Source of the DNA: a bacterium
GTDB taxonomy: Bacteria > Patescibacteriota > Doudnabacteria > UBA920
Length of the DNA stretch: 41,050 nt
Direction: 5' to 3'
Assembly: GCA_021791515.1 (NCBI GenBank)
Contig: JAJYWK010000008.1
Coordinates: 1 to 41,050, forward strand
Shown here: positions 36,682 to 41,050 of the stretch, piece by piece
Layout of the letters: each line of letters begins with the position of its first letter
Position numbering within the stretch: the stretch's first letter is position 1
Program-made: the position numbers and the translations under genes
Notes under the pieces: model-generated
Databases searched by the model: none
Seen by the model: only the letters and a program-made list of their open reading frames with translations
What the model was told of the DNA's origin: nothing

Positions 36682-38436
36682 ATGCGCAATCCTCAGGATC
36701 AAAAAAATTTACAGGAAACCAGCATAGAGCCGCTACGTTTTGACGTCAGCGGTAACTTAATCAGAAAATTTGGCCGCGAGTCTATCTCCAATAAAAATGT
36801 AGCCATACTGGAGCTTATCAAAAATTCTTACGATGCTGGAGCGGCAAAGATGGAGATAGATTTTTCTTCTGTCAACACAAAAGACGCTTTAATTTCTGTA
36901 TCTGACAATGGGGACGGAATGGATTATCAGGATCTGAAAAATAAATGGATGCGCATTGCAAGTCAGTTTAAATCGAAAAAACTTAAAAATGGCGACAGAA
37001 CTTTTATCGGGGAAAAAGGCATTGGGAGGCTCTCGGCCGAAAGTCTGGGTAAAATAGCAACTCTATTTTCTTTCCCGAAAGGAAAGGATACGGGATATAA
37101 GGTCATTTTTGACTGGAATAAATACCAGGATGAGAACGTGCTGGTCAATGATGTTGATAATCCAACTTCACAAATAAAAAAGAAAAAATCCGATCACGGA
37201 TTAAGGCTGGAAATTAAAGACCTTAATCATGACTGGAATATGCAGGAAGCTCAAATCGAACTTCTGGCGGATGTTGGTATTCTTAATCCACCCAATAAAC
37301 CAGTCAGGGATTTTAAAGTATCGGCTAAATTCACGCCTTCTCTGATGGCCGCCCCGAAAATAAAAAAGGAGTTTCTAGGAAAGGCCGTATACAGCCTTAA
37401 AACCAGACTTACTGGAGGCAGTCTGATACGTTATGAATTTTCTTCAATTAAAGGAAAAAAGAAAGAAGGGAACCGTACAACAGATCGTAAACTTAAATGC
37501 GGGGATGCGGTTTTTGAACTTTATTTCTATTATAAGTCCCCAAAGTATTTTGAGCAGGCTGTCGGGAAAAAAATCAGTGCGATTGATTCAAAAGAAATTT
37601 CAAAAACGCTTGAACATTTTAGCGGCATCAAACTCTACAGAGATAATTTTAGGGTCAAACCGTATGGCGACCCCAAAAGTGACTGGATCGGCTTGGACAT
37701 TGCGGCCCACAATAACAGTATGTATCCGAGAAATGACGCTATTTTTGGAATGGTTCACATAAGCAAGTCAAAAAATCCGGCGATTGTTGATACCACCACA
37801 AGGGAAGGAGTTATATTCACTGACGAATTTCAGGACCTGATTGCATTTGTCCAGACTTCTATTTTTGGAATATTTGCGGACTTGCGGAGCGAATTTGAGT
37901 CGCATAAAACCAAAGCCAGAAAAAAGAAAAACGGTGCAAAAAACAAGACCCCGATTCACGTGGTAGTTCCAGTGCCTACAGCAAGCCCCCAGCCTCCCGA
38001 CACACTGGTTGAAATTGGCGGTAAGTATCCAGAAAACTTTTATAATCAGCTTCAGGATGAAATAAATATTTGTTTTGAACACAACCATCCAAACGCGGCT
38101 TTTTTCCTCTGTCGGAAGATGATAGAAAACCTTGTGTTTAATATTCTTGAAAAGAAATTTTCCACCCATGTGGATCTGTGGTATGACCAAAAAAGAAAAA
38201 TACGCCACAAGTTTAGTGTTTTAATCCAGAATCTCTATGCGGAGAGGACTAATTTTGGTAAGCCAAACATTAAAACCTATATAGAAAAGTTTAACAATGA
38301 GGTCGGACCGTTCAGGAAAGAGGCTAACACCAAGGCCCATTATGTATTTGAATATCTGGCCGACAAAAAAGAACTTGGCAAATTTAAAATCAAGGACTTG
38401 GTGCAGCTACTGGCAAAAATTTATGACAACATTTAA
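36682..38436 (+). CDS. GHKL (MORC/HATPase_c_3-like) ATPase with C-terminal DUF4145/HEPN-like domain
   Basis: ELIKNSYDAGA, DNGDGM, GEKGIGRL, GIKLYRDNFRVKPYG..DWIGLD, TTREG; C-terminal NAAFFLCRKMIE..FRKEANTKAH. Confidence 0.8.
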   Translation: MRNPQDQKNLQETSIEPLRFDVSGNLIRKFGRESISNKNVAILELIKNSYDAGAAKMEIDFSSVNTKDALISVSDNGDGMDYQDLKNKWMRIASQFKSKKLKNGDRTFIGEKGIGRLSAESLGKIATLFSFPKGKDTGYKVIFDWNKYQDENVLVNDVDNPTSQIKKKKSDHGLRLEIKDLNHDWNMQEAQIELLADVGILNPPNKPVRDFKVSAKFTPSLMAAPKIKKEFLGKAVYSLKTRLTGGSLIRYEFSSIKGKKKEGNRTTDRKLKCGDAVFELYFYYKSPKYFEQAVGKKISAIDSKEISKTLEHFSGIKLYRDNFRVKPYGDPKSDWIGLDIAAHNNSMYPRNDAIFGMVHISKSKNPAIVDTTTREGVIFTDEFQDLIAFVQTSIFGIFADLRSEFESHKTKARKKKNGAKNKTPIHVVVPVPTASPQPPDTLVEIGGKYPENFYNQLQDEINICFEHNHPNAAFFLCRKMIENLVFNILEKKFSTHVDLWYDQKRKIRHKFSVLIQNLYAERTNFGKPNIKTYIEKFNNEVGPFRKEANTKAHYVFEYLADKKELGKFKIKDLVQLLAKIYDNI

Positions 38437-38453
38437 ATATTTTTACTTTGCCG

Positions 38454-39107
38454 TTACCTCCAGGGATCAAACGCCAGTCCCAACCTGACCCTAATAAAGC
38501 CAATAAGGTTCAAAGAATTTTTTATTAAACTATACAGCCAGTCTGATCTCAACCCAAATAAATGAATGTGAATATAGTTGTTCGGAAATGGTTGTATGTT
38601 GTGTTCCTTTAAAAACAAAACTTCTTTTGCTCGTTTTGGATTACCGCTTGAAGCCATAACACCCGTAGCGATAGCACGCTCCGGAATACCAACAAAATTC
38701 AAACCGTAGAATGAATAATTTGTTTCTTTTAAAGGATGTGGGTCAATAGTGATATAAAAGTTTTTTCCTCCTACCACCATTGAACCGTCAGGTTGCCATT
38801 GACCGTAAAAATACCCAACCCCCAACAAGGAATCACTTTCGTATTGATCCAAGTTAAAATATTTACGAAAAAATTTAAACAGGCCACCGGAGGGTACATA
38901 GCCAATTTTTTTTAGTTCCGCGCTCATGTATTCCTTTTTACCGGCATCAATAATCAGATCAAAATCACCTAGCTTCCGATGTAATTTCCTATTCATCGAA
39001 GCCATAACCACCGAACCTAAAATTCTGTATTTAACTCCCCCGGATTTTAAAATATTTAGAAGCTGTTTTAAAGTTGCCAAAACGACTTCGTTATTAAAGT
39101 CAGACAT
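38454..39107 (-). CDS. Nucleotidyltransferase-fold protein
   Basis: YRILGSVVMAS..HRKLGDFDLIID (GS..DxD, Pol-beta superfamily). Confidence 0.65.
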   Translation of the reverse strand: MSDFNNEVVLATLKQLLNILKSGGVKYRILGSVVMASMNRKLHRKLGDFDLIIDAGKKEYMSAELKKIGYVPSGGLFKFFRKYFNLDQYESDSLLGVGYFYGQWQPDGSMVVGGKNFYITIDPHPLKETNYSFYGLNFVGIPERAIATGVMASSGNPKRAKEVLFLKEHNIQPFPNNYIHIHLFGLRSDWLYSLIKNSLNLIGFIRVRLGLAFDPWR

Positions 39108-39182
39108 GTTTTGTTAAATTAATGTTCTTTCCGACTAATCTAAATTGTTTTTTTAGCTTGCTCTATAAATGTTGCTTTATTA

Positions 39183-39533
39183 TTATTTTCCTGTGACGGA
39201 AAATTTGCCGGATAGTGCAGCGCCGTCTTCCACGCGCAGAACGGAACAGTTAATTTCGCCGGAAATTTTAGCCGTGCTTTGCAGAATTAAAAGGCCTAAG
39301 ACATTCAACTTACCCTGGACTTCGCCGGCAACAGTGACTTCATTGGCTTCTACGTCCGCAGCCAGCTTGGCATTCTGCTCTATAAATACCTTTTTAAGAG
39401 AATTAACTTTGCCGGTAATTTGCCCCTCAATCCGGACATCGTCCTCACTGTTCAAATCACCCTTAATTTTTACCGACGGTCCGATCACCGTTTCCGACTG
39501 TTTTGCTACACTTTTGTCCAAAATTTGTTCCAT
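39183..39533 (-). CDS. Bactofilin (polymer-forming cytoskeletal protein)
   Basis: ETVIGPSVKIKGDL..VRIEGQITG..VTVAGEVQG..ISGEI..LRVEDGAALSG. Confidence 0.92.
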   Translation of the reverse strand: MEQILDKSVAKQSETVIGPSVKIKGDLNSEDDVRIEGQITGKVNSLKKVFIEQNAKLAADVEANEVTVAGEVQGKLNVLGLLILQSTAKISGEINCSVLRVEDGAALSGKFSVTGK

Positions 39534-39610
39534 AAACCAGCCTTTCTGTATGTATTTTACACGATTGGATTTTTTCCCGCCACAGAGTATAATTCAAACA
39601 AGGCTTGAGC

Positions 39611-39641
39611 AAAGCCGTCATTAAAACTGGCGGCTTTTATT
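39611..39641 (+). terminator. Intrinsic terminator-like hairpin
   Basis: aaagccgtca-ttaaaac-tggcggcttt-tatt. Confidence 0.55.
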
Positions 39642-39676
39642 TATGATGGTTTTTTGCTAAAATAAAGGTACAATTT

Positions 39677-39833
39677 ACGCCTAAACTCGCGGGCAACCAC
39701 GGGCATGGCAATAGCTACTCCGGTAGCAAACCAAGAAAGGTAATAAAACCCTCGTCAGGGTTCCTTTCTTGGTCGTGCGGGGAAACTCGCGCGTTTGGCT
39801 CGAAAGGGCCAAGCTCCTGGCGGGGGCCTTTTT
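39677..39833 (+). ncRNA. Candidate structured ncRNA or leader (six helices, GNRA/UNCG loops)
   Basis: Back-to-back hairpins with GCAA, UCCG, GAAA and GAAA loops; G-U pairs favour the + strand; terminal hairpin plus U5. Confidence 0.6.
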
Positions 39834-39868
39834 GCGTCCTGCCACAAAAACCAATTAATTTTTATTTA

Positions 39869-40024
39869 ATGACAAAGTTTAAGGTAGATATTTGGTTTAA
39901 CCAAAAACCGGAAAAATTACACTTGGGATCGGTTGTTGTGGAAGCAGAGACCGAAGAAAAAGCTTACCAAATCGCCTGCAACAACACCGAACTTTGGGTT
40001 ATTGGGGAAATTGAAGATACTTAA
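39869..40024 (+). CDS. Small hypothetical protein (51 aa, absent from the ORF track)
   Basis: MTKFKVDIWFNQKPEKLHLGSVVVEAETEEKAYQIACNNTELWVIGEIEDT; VxAxxEExA pattern of small mobile-element proteins. Confidence 0.55.
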   Translation: MTKFKVDIWFNQKPEKLHLGSVVVEAETEEKAYQIACNNTELWVIGEIEDT

Positions 40025-40176
40025 ATACCAAATTTCCAAAACTCATGTCTGCAAACACAGTCGATTTTAATTAATTATGATGTCGTTTGTATGGTTTTGT
40101 CATCCAATTTATAGTACTAATACTACGCGCAACAACGTCTTGTTATAATGACAAAAGATAATTAGCCTTAGTTACT

Positions 40177-40800
40177 ATGAATAAAAATAACACTCTAATC
40201 TTGATAGGGGGCATAGTAATCGGTGTTTTGATTACCGCCGTTATCACAAGCAATGCCGTTAACAACCAAAGTTACGGCATGATGCGCATGATGGGTATAA
40301 GGCAACAGACATCCATGATGGGCAGTAATATTGACCAGCATTTTATAGAGCAGATGATCCTTCACCATGATGATGCCATCACCATGGCTAACATCGCATT
40401 GCAAAAAGCCGAGCATCCTGAAACTAAACAACTTGCCCAAAACATAATTCAAGCCCAGACTTCGGAAATAAACCAAATGCGCCAATGGTATAAAAGCTGG
40501 TACGGGCAAGACGTTCCGGATACCTTTGCAAGCATGGGGCACGGAATGGGTTCTGGTACTATGCACATGGGCATGATGGGTAACACTACTGACACGGCAA
40601 GTCTGGAATCAGCCAAACCCTTCGAAAAGGCTTTTATCGAGGAAATGATCCCGCACCACCAGATGGCAGTCATGATGGCGCAAATGCTTAAGAACTCAAC
40701 CCAGCGTCCGGAAATGAGGAATCTCGCCGACAACATTATCAACACCCAAACCAAAGAAATAGACCAGATGAGCAATTGGTATAGCCAGTGGTATCAATAA
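40177..40800 (+). CDS. DUF305 (CopM-like, ferritin-fold) exported protein
   Basis: Two DxxFIExMIxHHxxAxxMA repeats; Met/His-rich linkers. Confidence 0.9.
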   Translation: MNKNNTLILIGGIVIGVLITAVITSNAVNNQSYGMMRMMGIRQQTSMMGSNIDQHFIEQMILHHDDAITMANIALQKAEHPETKQLAQNIIQAQTSEINQMRQWYKSWYGQDVPDTFASMGHGMGSGTMHMGMMGNTTDTASLESAKPFEKAFIEEMIPHHQMAVMMAQMLKNSTQRPEMRNLADNIINTQTKEIDQMSNWYSQWYQ

Positions 40801-40831
40801 CTATCTCAAACAATGTTTTAAGAGCGTTGTT

Positions 40832-40859
40832 TTGAAATCCTGCCATAAAATGGTATAAT
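40832..40859 (+). promoter_or_regulatory. Sigma70 promoter
   Basis: TTGAAA-16 nt-TATAAT with TGn extension. Confidence 0.55.
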
Positions 40860-40865
40860 GCCAGC

Positions 40866-41050
40866 ATGACAACTGGCAAATTTGCATTAAAACCAAAGAA
40901 AGTTATATTTATCTTTTTAGTGCTGATTGCTTTTTTAACCGTAGGGTTTACGGTTTTCTGCCGGATGCCTGGCGACACCCACAGCTATAACTTGCTGGTT
41001 GGGAAAGACGAGTGCCAGTCAGAACAGGCTACCCGAGACTGCGGGTCCAT
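40866..41050 (+). CDS. Membrane-anchored protein, 3' truncated by window edge
   Basis: MTTGKFALKPKKVIFIFLVLIAFLTVGFTVFC.. open to the end of the window. Confidence 0.5.
   Translation, partial: MTTGKFALKPKKVIFIFLVLIAFLTVGFTVFCRMPGDTHSYNLLVGKDECQSEQATRDCGS

Noticed and set aside
38454-39107. Nucleotidyltransferase as MNT antitoxin for the HEPN-like domain
   Set aside because: Convergent orientation, and length and motif fit an aminoglycoside/lincosamide-NTase-like protein better than a minimal MNT. Worth revisiting only if it co-occurs in homologous loci.
39169-39624. 151-aa + strand ORF
   Set aside because: Antisense to a clear bactofilin gene.
39679-39745. c-di-GMP-I riboswitch (gcaaacc, cctaa, atggc words)
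   Set aside because: Elements are in the wrong order and the GACGCAAAG junction is absent.
39770-39810. Resemblance to group II intron domain 5 (tgcggggaaactcgc-gc-gtttggctc-gaaaggg)
   Set aside because: The 5' strand with the AGC catalytic triad is missing, the 3' arm pairs locally in H5, and no RT/maturase is nearby. A decayed remnant cannot be fully excluded.
1-41050. Stop-codon reassignment (code 25 or 15) as in some CPR bacteria and phages
   Set aside because: Genes are full length in code 11, and TGA/TAG end genes right before the next start (9334, 11677, 20908, 22558, 23207).

Overview
Most of the window (about 1-34970) is the late/structural half of a prophage. It has ParB-MTase, small terminase, lambda-gpA-type large terminase, P22-like portal, scaffold, major capsid, adaptor/nozzle, repeat-rich tail fibre, an LPD38 ejection protein and lysis genes, and no tape measure or sheath, so it is podovirus-like. 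The host is probably CPR/Patescibacteria (inferred from AT-rich, mostly SD-less starts and the protein families present). A ~9.9 kb accessory island splits terL from the portal (about 4480-14300). It carries mltG, exported proteins arranged as paralogous modules (matrixin plus TIMP-like partner, PepSY-like plus golvesin-like partner, and a fusion of the two partner types), a HigBA-type TA pair, an HTH-Fic gene and a DEDD exoribonuclease. Right of the lysis genes are a Vsr-C5-methyltransferase fusion paired with a GHKL ATPase-HEPN-like protein, a nucleotidyltransferase, a bactofilin, a tetraloop-rich ~155-nt ncRNA candidate and a DUF305 gene. All protein calls come from reading motifs by eye; no database search or folding program was run.
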